Part shown: piece after piece, positions 26,901 to 35,110 of the stretch | Layout: every line of letters begins with the position of its first letter | How positions within the stretch are numbered: position 1 is the stretch's first letter | Assembly (NCBI GenBank): GCA_903880005.1 | Contig: CAIRNV010000282.1 | Span: 1,354-65,353, forward strand | Reading direction: 5' to 3' | Origin: an uncultured Verrucomicrobiota bacterium | GTDB lineage: Bacteria; Verrucomicrobiota; Verrucomicrobiia; Limisphaerales; UBA9464 | Length of the DNA stretch: 64,000 bases | Notes under the pieces: generated by a model | Told to the model about the DNA's origin: nothing | The model's input: only the letters and a program-made list of their open reading frames with translations | The model's database searches: none | Position numbers and translations under genes: made by a program

Positions 26901-27521
26901 CATCCGGCCGTCCGGGCCCCACGTGAACCCATTGAGAAGCTCGTGGCGATCCTCCATGCCGAACCCCGTCTGAACCACCGTCCGGCGATCCGCCACGTCG
27001 TCCCCGTCGGTGTCCTCCACCCAATACAAGTGCGGAGCTTGCCCCACGAACACGCCGCCGTTTCCCGGCAACACCGCCGTGGCCAACGACAACCCGTCCA
27101 TGAACACCTTCACCGTGTCCGCGCGCCCGTCGCCATCCACGTCCTCCAGGATCTTGACCCGATCCCGCCCCTTCTCGCCCGGACGCGCCCCCAAGGGATA
27201 CTCGTACAACTCCACCACCCAGAGCCGCCCCCGCTCGTCCCAGGACATCGCCACGGGGTTCACGACCTCGGGCTCCGACGCAAACAACCGGATCTCGAAC
27301 CCGGGCGGGAGGGCGAACTTGCGGCGGGCGTCCTCCGGCGCGAGCGCCGGCGTCAACGCCGGGACGTGCTGCCCGGCCAATTGCCGGCCCGCCGGCTCGT
27401 TGGTGTACACCGGGAACCCAAACTTGGGATGGCGCGGAACGTCGCCCAACGCCACCGCCATCCAACCCAGGCCCAGTGCCATACCCCATCCCCGCCAAGC
27501 CGCCCGTTCACGCTCGCTCAT
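23928..27521 (-). CDS. PVC-type membrane-bound-dehydrogenase-domain / heme-binding CxxCH protein (beta-propeller + HEAT-like repeats + cytochrome c)
   Basis: 1197 aa. KFALPPGFEIRLFASEPEVVNPVAMSWDERGRLWVVELYEYP (TIGR02604-type N-terminus), a HEAT-like middle, and CLVCHKLHGEGAEVGPDLTGVG (TIGR02603-type heme site). Confidence 0.85.
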   Translation of the reverse strand: MSERERAAWRGWGMALGLGWMAVALGDVPRHPKFGFPVYTNEPAGRQLAGQHVPALTPALAPEDARRKFALPPGFEIRLFASEPEVVNPVAMSWDERGRLWVVELYEYPLGARPGEKGRDRVKILEDVDGDGRADTVKVFMDGLSLATAVLPGNGGVFVGQAPHLYWVEDTDGDDVADRRTVVQTGFGMEDRHELLNGFTWGPDGRMYMTHGVFTVTKAVNPGQATEPVLLTAGVARYRPSERRLEVFAEGTSNPWGVDFDARGNAFVSACVIDHLFHLAPGGVYVRQAGQPPYPYAYGLLPSIVDHRHHMAAYAGISIYQGDQFPPEYRGMALQGNIHDNAIHQDRLDPRGSTFAASFVRDFVRANDGWFMPVSTQVGPDGAVWIMDWYDRYPCYQNANADPAGVDRERGRIWRVVWTGDQPGKAVASRPAGLDLGKASSADLVGLLKHPNVWHRRMAQRVLGGRKDASGQRESLVGLVRDGASEDARLAGLWTLFSTGQADDAVLDEAARSGTASVRAWAARWTGERGEATDATWTRLVRLAGDEDATVHAAVATAVRLFTSGSLTVNTPARHGVEATGAGIGRVVDALATKAGATRDRDLPFLLWMAVEPLVASQPDAALAWLGDRGGAAMPLSGELAYKAMRRWCDTGDSGLVAKALGLVGRVGGDSPLLPRLLQGLVDGQRGRAMTPTPDAQAVMQGLLSHPNREVASRAQQLGAAWGDAAALRAALVRARDAAATEEDRKAAIRSARATRSEEVRTALLGVARDAGPDGVRVEAVRALGEAGVEQTGSQLLEGWGAMTPAVRRAVAELCTTRWQWRWSLFGALEKGQVKRGDLPPTVVRTLVTSKEQSERVKAEQLFGRVQATSAEKLRLIAEKRRVVVAGDVDLRAGREVARKSCLVCHKLHGEGAEVGPDLTGVGRSSLDALLHNVIHPNEIIGQGYENVVVETRDGRTVSGRMVENGAARVRLIQAGGAEEVIGKSDVKALVVSENSVMPEGLEQMPDADFRNLIWFILAPPEDGRPLDERRRRELMGGAGDSAAVDTHRDGESVALWAPEWRVDAPDFDGTPARLGMEAGESNVLATHPHKPGRPAALIRRWRVPGTAAALRVKVGSRPGHAWELIVRVEGQALCRERIDGSRGPWREVHVPLGAFAGREVELRLENATSGPGSALGLWTVPVLESGVLARSVNGGR

Positions 27522-27746
27522 GGAAAGGCATCAGACTGCCAAGACCGCACCACGCGTCGAGCCCGGACGCGTCCCAAGGGCATTCCTCCAAGGAGGTTCT
27601 GCCAAATCATTTGGAAGCCGACCCTGAGACGCTCGAATGACATCTCCCGCCGTGTGAATCGGCTGGAGCGTGATCCCCCGCGGCGGCGTCGCAGACGCGG
27701 CGCCACAAGACATGCCCCCCCGCACATGCCATCGGCCCAGCCTGCA

Positions 27747-28907
27747 TCAACCGGCATCGAGGACGTCCAGGGCCCGACGCAGCTCCGCGTCCGTGTTGTA
27801 GAAGTGCGGGGAGAACCTCACGACTGCCTCGCCGCCCGGGAGATTCCTCAATGACGGCGTCACGCCCGCCGTCCGCAGCCGGCGATACACGGCGGTCATG
27901 TCCACGCCCGGCTTGTGGAACGAGACCACGCCCCCGGTGTTCTCCGGCGGAGCCGTTGGCTGCAAGACCGTGAACCCGCGCGATTGCAGCTCCGGCACGA
28001 GCCAGGCCCGCTTGCGCAGCAATTCCGCCCCGATCGCCTCCATCCCCACCTCCGCGAGCAAGCCAAGCGCCGCCTTGAACCCCGCGAGGCCCGGGAGGTT
28101 GTGCGTGCCCGCCTCGTACCGGCGCGCGTCCTTCTTGAACACCAGCTCCTCCTGGGTCAGGAAACGCGGGCACTCCAGGTTGTGCCATCCGTGCACGATC
28201 GGCCTCAGGCGATCCTGCAAGTCCTCCTTCACGTACATCAACCCGGCCGCGCTCGGGCCCAGCATCCACTTGTGCGCGTCCGCCGCCAGCAGGTCCACGT
28301 GCTGCACCGAGAACGGGAACGCGCCGAGCGTCTGGATGGCATCCACGCAAAACAAGATGCCCCGCGACCGCAAATGCCGCCCGATGGCGTCGATGTTGAC
28401 CCGCCATCCCGCCAGGTAATGCGCGCTGGCCAGCGTCACCACCCGGGTCCGCTCGTCCACCTGCCCCTGGACATCCACGGCCCGCACCTTGCCCAGCTCA
28501 CGGATGTTGAGCATCCGGACCTCGACCCCGCGATCCGACAACGCCATCCACGGGTACACGTTGGAGGGGTAGTCGTCGAAGTACACGACCACGTTGTCGC
28601 CACGCCGCCACGGCAGGCCGGCCGCAAGGTAGGACAACGCCAGCGACGTCGGCCCCACCAGCGCCACCTCCGAGGGCTTCGCGCCGATCAATCGGGCGGC
28701 CGCCGCCCGCGTCTCCTCCACGAGGTCGCCATGCTGCGCCTCGTATTGGTCCTCCAGCGTGCTCGCATCCAGGTAGCCGTGCATCGCATCCGCCACCCGC
28801 CGCGGCAACGGGCAAACCCCCGCGTGCGCCAGGAACACGCCCCGGGTCGCCACCGGGAACTCCCTCAGCCTCAACGCCTCGTCGGCGTGCAATTCAGCAA
28901 TCGTCAT
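27747..28907 (-). CDS. Class V aminotransferase / cysteine-desulfurase-like PLP enzyme
   Basis: 387 aa from ATG 28907 (MTIAELHADE...). LLAADAHKWMLGPSAAG carries the PLP-Lys context. The upstream part of the 636-aa ORF overlaps TerC and is rejected. Confidence 0.85.
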   Translation of the reverse strand: MTIAELHADEALRLREFPVATRGVFLAHAGVCPLPRRVADAMHGYLDASTLEDQYEAQHGDLVEETRAAAARLIGAKPSEVALVGPTSLALSYLAAGLPWRRGDNVVVYFDDYPSNVYPWMALSDRGVEVRMLNIRELGKVRAVDVQGQVDERTRVVTLASAHYLAGWRVNIDAIGRHLRSRGILFCVDAIQTLGAFPFSVQHVDLLAADAHKWMLGPSAAGLMYVKEDLQDRLRPIVHGWHNLECPRFLTQEELVFKKDARRYEAGTHNLPGLAGFKAALGLLAEVGMEAIGAELLRKRAWLVPELQSRGFTVLQPTAPPENTGGVVSFHKPGVDMTAVYRRLRTAGVTPSLRNLPGGEAVVRFSPHFYNTDAELRRALDVLDAG

Positions 28908-28915
28908 GGGGCGCG

Positions 28916-29674
28916 TCAGCGATAGGGTTGATGCAACTTCACCCCGTCGGCCTTCTTCCGGAGCCGAAGGTTCAACATCTCCACCCCCACTGCGAAGGCC
29001 ATCGCGAAGTACACGTAGCCCTTCGGGATGTGCTGGTGGAAGCCCTCCGCCAGCAACAGCGTCCCAATCAGGATCAAGAACGACAACGCCAGCATCTTCA
29101 CCGTCGGATGCCTCTCCACAAACCCGCCGATGGCATCCACGAACACCAGCATCACCACCATCGCGATCACCACCGCCAGCACCATCACCGGGACGTGCTG
29201 CGCCATGCCCACCGCCGTGATGACCGAGTCGAGGGAAAACACGATGTCCAGGAGGAGGATCTGGACCACGACCCCCGTGAATGAGGGGACCGCACCGGAC
29301 GACGCCCCGCCGTCCACCCCCTCCAGCTTCTCGTGGACCTCCTTCACCGACTTGTACACGAGGAACAACCCGCCCACCGCCAGGACCAGGTCCTTGCCCG
29401 TGTTCGGCAAGGCCAGCCCAAGGATCGAGTAGTCCCAAAGCGTCGCCTTCAGGCTCATCACCCAACTGATCGACAAGAGCAGCAACACGCGCGTCACCAA
29501 AGCCAACGCCAGGCCCACCCGCCGCGCCCGTGCCTGCTGGTCCTGCGGCAGCTTGCCCGACAGGATCGAGATGAAGATCAGGTTGTCGATTCCCAGCACC
29601 ACCTCCAGCACGGTGAGCGTCAACAGGCTCATCCAGGCCGCCGGGTGGTTCACCCATTCAAACCATTGTGTCAT
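28916..29674 (-). CDS. TerC family integral membrane protein
   Basis: LEVVLGIDNLIFISIL and DIVFSLDSVITAVGM, the paired TerC motifs. 252 aa and polytopic. Confidence 0.9.
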   Translation of the reverse strand: MTQWFEWVNHPAAWMSLLTLTVLEVVLGIDNLIFISILSGKLPQDQQARARRVGLALALVTRVLLLLSISWVMSLKATLWDYSILGLALPNTGKDLVLAVGGLFLVYKSVKEVHEKLEGVDGGASSGAVPSFTGVVVQILLLDIVFSLDSVITAVGMAQHVPVMVLAVVIAMVVMLVFVDAIGGFVERHPTVKMLALSFLILIGTLLLAEGFHQHIPKGYVYFAMAFAVGVEMLNLRLRKKADGVKLHQPYR

Positions 29675-29813
29675 CGAGCGGCCATTCTACCCACGTCCCG
29701 GAACAAAGGCGACGACGGAAGCCAACCCGCGCGCCACGACCGCGCCCAGGCCGAAACGTCCCGATGCGCAGGCTTCCATGGCGCGCCCCACGTAGGCAGG
29801 CTCCGACCATTCC

Positions 29814-30842
29814 ATGAACACGATCAAGGTCGGGATCATCGGGTATGGCTGGGTGGCCACGGCCCACATTGCGGCGATTGAAGCCACGGGCATGGCCAAG
29901 GTGGTGGCGGTGCATTCGTCGCGCCCGCTGGACGAGGCGGCCCTGGCCGCGCGACACGGCCACGCCATCCGCACCCACGCTCGCCTGGAGGACCTCCTCG
30001 GCGATCCCTCGGTCGATGTCGTGAGCATCTGCTCCTACCCATGGCTCCACGCGGCCCATGCCCAGGCCGCCGCGCGCGCCGGCAAGCACATCATCCTCGA
30101 GAAGCCCGTCGCCTTGTCCTGGGAGGACTGCCTCGCCGTGCGGGACGCCGTGTCCGAGTCCGGCGTGCTCACGTGCGTCTGCTTCGAGTGCCGTTACTCG
30201 GCCCAGTTCCTCGCCACGCGGTCGCTCCTCGACTCGGGCTTGCTGGGCGAGGTGCACTACGGGGAAGTGGACTACTACCACGGCATCGGGCCGTGGTATG
30301 GCCAGTACCGTTGGAACACGAGGAAGTCCGGCGGCGGCTCCAGCCTCTTGTCCGCCGGATGCCATGCCTTGGACGCGTTGCTGCTCTGCATGGGGACGGA
30401 CGTGGCGGAGGTGCACAGCTACGCGGCCCGCTCGCGAAGCGCCCACTTCAAGGACTACGAGTACGAGACGACCTCGGCGACGCTGGTGCGCTTCCGGGAC
30501 GGGCGCCTGGGCAAGACCGCCTCCGTCATCGATTGCCTCCAGCCCTACTACTTCCACACCCACCTGGTCGGGTCCGAGGGCAGCCTCCTCGACAACCGGT
30601 TCCACTCCTGCCGCGTCGCCGGGCTCGACAAGGGGAAGTGGAGCCAACTGTCGTTCGCGCCGGTGGATTCCGGGGACGTGAAGGACCATCCCTACCAGAC
30701 CCAATTCGAGGCCTTCTTCCGGGCCGTCCAGGAGGGTCGCGAGTTGCCGCTGACCAGCCTCACCGACGCGCTCCGAACCCACCGGGTGCTGTTTGCAGCC
30801 GACGAGTCCGCGCGCACCGGCCGTCCCGTGGCCGTCTCCTGA
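29814..30842 (+). CDS. Gfo/Idh/MocA family NAD(P)-dependent oxidoreductase
   Basis: Rossmann start KVGIIGYGWVATAHI, then GKHIILEKPVAL, the typical EKP motif. Confidence 0.9.
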   Translation: MNTIKVGIIGYGWVATAHIAAIEATGMAKVVAVHSSRPLDEAALAARHGHAIRTHARLEDLLGDPSVDVVSICSYPWLHAAHAQAAARAGKHIILEKPVALSWEDCLAVRDAVSESGVLTCVCFECRYSAQFLATRSLLDSGLLGEVHYGEVDYYHGIGPWYGQYRWNTRKSGGGSSLLSAGCHALDALLLCMGTDVAEVHSYAARSRSAHFKDYEYETTSATLVRFRDGRLGKTASVIDCLQPYYFHTHLVGSEGSLLDNRFHSCRVAGLDKGKWSQLSFAPVDSGDVKDHPYQTQFEAFFRAVQEGRELPLTSLTDALRTHRVLFAADESARTGRPVAVS

Positions 30843-30850
30843 TTCGTGCC

Positions 30851-31606
30851 ATGCCCACCCTCCTCGCCATCGCGGCGCATCCTGACGACATCGAGTTCTG
30901 CATGGCGGGCACGATGCTGGCCATGGCGCGCCGCGGATGGGACCTGCATTACTTCAACCTGTGCCGGGGCAACCTGGGCTCCGCGACGATCCCCGGGCCG
31001 GAGCTGGCCGAGATCCGGGCCGGCGAAGCCCAGGCGGCCGCCGCCGTCCTGGGCGCCACATGGCATCCGCCCATCGCCCCGGACCTCGAACTCTTCTACA
31101 CGTCCGAGATGATCCGCCGCGTCGCCGCCGTGGTTCGCATCGCCCGTCCATCGGTCGTCCTCACGCACTCGCCGGAGGATTACATGGAGGACCACATGAT
31201 CGCCTCCCGCCTGGCCGTCACGGCGGCCTTCGCACGCGGCATGCCCAACCTGGAGACCGTCCCGCCGGTCCCGTCGGGCGAGTTCCCCGTGCGCATCTAC
31301 CACGCGCTGCCCCACGGGCTGCACGACGCCATGGGGCGGGGCGTCGAGGCGGATTCCTTCGTGGACACGACGCTGTTCCACGCCCGCAAACGCGAGGCCC
31401 TCGCACGCCACGCCAGCCAAAAGGAGTGGCTCGACCAAAGCCAGGGCATGGATTCGTACCTGGTCGCCATGGACGACTTTTCCCGCGAGGTCGCCCGCAT
31501 GGCGGCCCCGGGCATCGAATGCGCCGAGGGATGGCGTCGCCACTCCCACCTGGGCTTTTGCCCCGCCTCCTTCGATCCGCTCGCCGACGTCTTCCTGACG
31601 TCATGA
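30851..31606 (+). CDS. PIG-L (LmbE-like) family deacetylase
   Basis: LLAIAAHPDDIEFCMAGT (AHPDD motif) and HSPEDYMEDH (the HxxxH/D metal-site pattern). Confidence 0.85.
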   Translation: MPTLLAIAAHPDDIEFCMAGTMLAMARRGWDLHYFNLCRGNLGSATIPGPELAEIRAGEAQAAAAVLGATWHPPIAPDLELFYTSEMIRRVAAVVRIARPSVVLTHSPEDYMEDHMIASRLAVTAAFARGMPNLETVPPVPSGEFPVRIYHALPHGLHDAMGRGVEADSFVDTTLFHARKREALARHASQKEWLDQSQGMDSYLVAMDDFSREVARMAAPGIECAEGWRRHSHLGFCPASFDPLADVFLTS

Positions 31607-31668
31607 CGGCCGCGCGGGGAGCGTCCCCGGCGCCGCGCGTCACATCCACCGCCGGCCCGCCCGCCTCT

Positions 31669-32937
31669 TCATGGCCTCGACCCGATGGCGCGCAGTCCGG
31701 CCTCGGTGCGGACGTGGAAGCGGCCGTGGGCGATGGCCGGGGTGCTGACGGTGTACTCGTTGAGTTGGTTGCGCGCGAGCACCTCCAGCTTGGGCGACGC
31801 CTTCACCACCACGGTGTTCCCCTGCCCGCTCGTGAAGTACACGCGGCCGGCCGCCGCCACCGGCGACACCTTCACGTTGTCCGTGAACAACCGCTCCTGC
31901 CACCTCGCCTCGCCCGTCTTTAGGTCAAGGCACGACGCCATCCCGTCGTCCCGAATGGAGAAGACCATCCCGTCCACCACCACCGGCGTCGGGCAATCCG
32001 TCGAGAAACGCGTCGAGGTCCATAGGCGGCCGTCCGATGGAACGTCGCCCTTGGCCCCGGCCTTCACTGCGACGGTGTAGCCCCGGTTTTGGAAGCCCGA
32101 GGCCACGGCGACGACCACGCCGTCGGACGCGACCGGCCCGGCGATGGTGCGGCCGTACGGGTGGGGGACGCCGAGCCCCCCGAGCCTCCAGAGACGCTCG
32201 CCGGTCGCCGGATCGTAGGCATCCAGCGCCTCCGCCCCCGCCACCACGAGTTCCGTGCGCCCGCCCCACCGATGCAGGATGGGCGTCGAGTACGAATCCT
32301 TGCCCTCGTCCTTCGCCGGGTAGCTGCGGTCCTTCTTCCACACGTCCTTGCCCGTCTCGGCGTCGATGGCCATCACGTAGGAATCCGGACCCTGGTGCAT
32401 GCGAACCACGAACAGCCGCCCGCCCTCGAGCACGGGCGATGGTCCAAACCCGTGGTTGGTCTTCAAGGGCCCGAACTCCTTCGACAAGTTGCGACGCCAC
32501 CGCACCGAGCCATCGGACCCGAGGCATGCGAGGTCCCCCGTTCCGAACATCACCCAGAGGTTCCGGCCGTCCGACACCGGCGTGGGCGTCGCCATGTTGT
32601 GCAAGTCATGGGAAGGCAACCGGCCGCGTCCAACCTCCACGTCCCACGCGACGGACCCATCCTCGCGCGCCAACGCCAGGACGTGCAGGCCTTGGTCCTC
32701 CGTTTGCGTCGTGACGTAAATGCGGTCGCCCACGATCACGGGCGACGAGGCCCCGCGTCCCGGCAAGGGCCGCAACCACGCCACGTTGCGGTCCTTCGCC
32801 CACTCCAGCGGCACGTCCTGCTCCGGGCTGATGCCCAGGCCGTCCTTGCCGCGCCAACCGGGCCAATCAGCCCCCTCCACAAGCCCACACGACACGGAAA
32901 TCGACATCAGCCCCAGCCAGCTAAAAAACGTCTTCAT
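31669..32937 (-). CDS. PQQ-like beta-propeller repeat protein (BamB-like fold), secreted
   Basis: Start at ATG 32937 (MKTFFSWLGLMSISVSCG). ADWPGWRGKDGLG, with repeated ..G.V.W.. propeller blades. Confidence 0.75.
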   Translation of the reverse strand: MKTFFSWLGLMSISVSCGLVEGADWPGWRGKDGLGISPEQDVPLEWAKDRNVAWLRPLPGRGASSPVIVGDRIYVTTQTEDQGLHVLALAREDGSVAWDVEVGRGRLPSHDLHNMATPTPVSDGRNLWVMFGTGDLACLGSDGSVRWRRNLSKEFGPLKTNHGFGPSPVLEGGRLFVVRMHQGPDSYVMAIDAETGKDVWKKDRSYPAKDEGKDSYSTPILHRWGGRTELVVAGAEALDAYDPATGERLWRLGGLGVPHPYGRTIAGPVASDGVVVAVASGFQNRGYTVAVKAGAKGDVPSDGRLWTSTRFSTDCPTPVVVDGMVFSIRDDGMASCLDLKTGEARWQERLFTDNVKVSPVAAAGRVYFTSGQGNTVVVKASPKLEVLARNQLNEYTVSTPAIAHGRFHVRTEAGLRAIGSRP

Positions 32938-33076
32938 GGAATCGGGCGCACGGTGTCGAAGAACCCCCCGGGATGCCAGCGGACGTTTCACGGCCCCTCT
33001 TCTCGGCTGCACCGCCTGCCGCCCAGCGGTGCCGTCCATCCGTGCCATCCCTGTCCCGGGCGGGAGGTGCGGGCGC

Positions 33077-33109
33077 AAAAAGGGGGCCGCCCTCTTCGGA
33101 GCGGCCCCC
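33077..33109 (-). terminator. Intrinsic terminator downstream of the 33139-33996 gene
   Basis: GGGGGCCGC-cctcttcgga-GCGGCCCCC (33082-33109). On the minus strand it is followed by TTTTT (33081-33077), 30 nt after the stop. Confidence 0.6.
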
Positions 33110-33138
33110 GTGCTCGACGCATGGCGTCCCTCGTGGCG

Positions 33139-33996
33139 TCAGTTCGCAGAACGGTAGAACCTCTGCGGCGCGTCGGTCGGCACGTCGTAGGGGCTGGTCG
33201 CGCCCGGGACATCCTGGAACGAGCCGTTGATGGCGTCGGCCTGCTGCAACCTCCCGGTGAAGACCACCTTCCCTCCCTCGATGCGGATCGTCGGGGCAAG
33301 CTCGGGAAGGGCCTGGAGGGTGATGAAGCAGATCTTGTTGTTGGAAGCGGCAGGGCCGCTGCGGACGGTCAGGAGGCCGTCTTGCACCCGCGCCTCCAGG
33401 TCAAACGTGCCCCAGACCGCCGCCGGGGTTGGCGTGTAGCTCGTCGTGGTCACGTCCTCGACCGTGAACTGGAACACGCTGTCCACGGCCGTGGCATCGC
33501 CCGCGACGATGCGCACGGCATAGCGTCCGGACGGCACGGCGATCTCCCAGACCATGTCCCCACCGTTCTTCTGGAGGTGGTTGAGCGTGTCAAAGCGTGC
33601 GTCCGGGGAGACGTCGGCCTGTCGATGACGTGAGTTGGCAGCGTTGTCCTCAAGCCAGCCATAGGACAACCCGTTGCCTCGGTCGCCAAAGACGTCGCCG
33701 TAGTCGTCCGCATAGCCGGGCAACGGATAGCCGGCGGCGCCCGTGGCGAAGGTGGGGTTGGCGAAGTTCACGAAGATGCCCGACGCGGCGGCCGAGCCCG
33801 AGGCGGGCACGGCGGGAGCCACGACGACCCCGTACATGTTGCGGCCCTCGTTCTGGGGGTCGAGGGCGACGACGCCAGGTTCGAGCACCTTGTAATAGAC
33901 CGAGCCCACCTGGTTGATGGAGCCGTCGGCGTTCTCGGCGCGTGGGCGACGGCTGACGAGGCGATGGCCAAGCCAAGGCACAGGCCCAGGGCCCAC
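33139..33996 (-). CDS. Probable secreted carbohydrate-binding-like (malectin/CBM-like) protein; N-terminal signal peptide is in another frame (frameshift or pseudogene candidate)
   Basis: GNGLSYGWLEDN..., WEIAVPSGRYAVRIVAGD, and a C-terminal tail ending QRFYR. A clean signal peptide MRASFKSHAARPWALGLCLGLAIASSAVAHA is encoded at 34031-33939 in a different frame. Confidence 0.55.
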   Translation of the reverse strand: MGPGPVPWLGHRLVSRRPRAENADGSINQVGSVYYKVLEPGVVALDPQNEGRNMYGVVVAPAVPASGSAAASGIFVNFANPTFATGAAGYPLPGYADDYGDVFGDRGNGLSYGWLEDNAANSRHRQADVSPDARFDTLNHLQKNGGDMVWEIAVPSGRYAVRIVAGDATAVDSVFQFTVEDVTTTSYTPTPAAVWGTFDLEARVQDGLLTVRSGPAASNNKICFITLQALPELAPTIRIEGGKVVFTGRLQQADAINGSFQDVPGATSPYDVPTDAPQRFYRSAN

Positions 33997-34151
33997 GGCC
34001 TGGCTGCATGGGATTTGAAGGATGCTCTCATGGGTGTGTGCGTGATTTCTGGCGGCATGCCAACAAGGGAGCCTTGATGGATCGCCCTGGTGGAATTCGC
34101 CCGCACGCTCCCAAAGGAGCGCAGGGTTTCAACAAGTTTGGGGCGGCGCCC

Positions 34152-35042
34152 TCACAAGTCGCGCCCGGTCAGCCGCCGGAAGGCCTCCAGGTACTTCGCC
34201 TGAGTGCGTTGCACGACGTCCGCCGGCAGCGCCGGCGCGGGCGGCGTCTTGTCCCAGGCCAGCGACTCCAGGTAGTCGCGCACAAACTGCTTGTCGAAGC
34301 TCGGCTGTCCGCGCCCCGCCAGGTAGCCGTCCATGGGCCAGAACCGCGACGAATCGGGCGTCAACACCTCGTCGATCAACACCAGGCGCCCGTCGTGCAC
34401 GCCGAACTCAAACTTGGTGTCCGCGATGATCAGGCCCCGCTGCCGCGCATGGTCCCGCGCATAGCGGTACAGCCGCAGGCTGAGGTCGCGCGCCTCCGTC
34501 GCCCAATCCTCGCCCGCCAACCGGCACGCCGTCTCGAACGGGATGTTCTCGTCGTGCCCGGTCTCCGCCTTCGTCGCCGGCGTGAACAAGGGCTCGGGAA
34601 GCTCCGAGGACTCCTGCAACCCGGCCGGCAACGGGATCCCGCACACCGTCCCGTGCGCCCGGTACTCCTTCCATCCGGACCCCGCCAGGTACCCGCGCAC
34701 CACGCACTCGATGGGCAGCGGACGGGCCTTGCACACGATCATGCTCCGGCGCGCCAACTGCCCTGCGAACGGGGCCAGCTCCCTCGGCAAGGGATCGTCC
34801 GCGCGACCCACCCGGTGGTTGGGGAGCCAAAGCTCCGTGCGATCAAACCAGAAGTGCGACATCTGCGTAAGCACCTCGCCCTTGCGGGGGATGCCGTTGG
34901 GCATCACGCAGTCGAAGGCCGAGATGCGGTCCGTGGCCACGAAAAGCAGGCGGTCCCCAAGGTCAAACACCTCGCGGACCTTGCCCGACTTCACCTTCGG
35001 GATGCCCGGAAGGTCCAATGTCAGCAGCGGAGCAAATGACAT
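34152..35042 (-). CDS. purC: Phosphoribosylaminoimidazole-succinocarboxamide synthase
   Basis: Start at ATG 35042 (MSFAPLL...). SGKVREVFD and LLFVATDRISAFD. Confidence 0.9.
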   Translation of the reverse strand: MSFAPLLTLDLPGIPKVKSGKVREVFDLGDRLLFVATDRISAFDCVMPNGIPRKGEVLTQMSHFWFDRTELWLPNHRVGRADDPLPRELAPFAGQLARRSMIVCKARPLPIECVVRGYLAGSGWKEYRAHGTVCGIPLPAGLQESSELPEPLFTPATKAETGHDENIPFETACRLAGEDWATEARDLSLRLYRYARDHARQRGLIIADTKFEFGVHDGRLVLIDEVLTPDSSRFWPMDGYLAGRGQPSFDKQFVRDYLESLAWDKTPPAPALPADVVQRTQAKYLEAFRRLTGRDL

Positions 35043-35110
35043 GCTGCCATCGACCCTGCCCGAACCTCGCGCACAGGTGAAGCCGGGAGAACGTACCCCG
35101 CGAACGTCCG

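Noticed and set aside
28928-29284. His-rich plus-strand ORF (..HEHQHHHHRDHHRQHHH..) that could be mistaken for a metal-binding peptide
   Set aside because: It is the antisense reading of Val/Met-rich transmembrane segments of the TerC gene, which has both canonical TerC motifs.
27747-29657. The 636-aa ORF implying a much longer aminotransferase
   Set aside because: Its first 250 aa overlap the TerC gene in another frame and are low-complexity. The aminotransferase homology starts at Met251 (ATG 28907).
29675-29813. Possible yybP-ykoY (Mn) riboswitch upstream of TerC
   Set aside because: I could not find the conserved GGGGAGUAG-type core or the paired four-helix layout by eye. Only a covariance-model scan could settle this.
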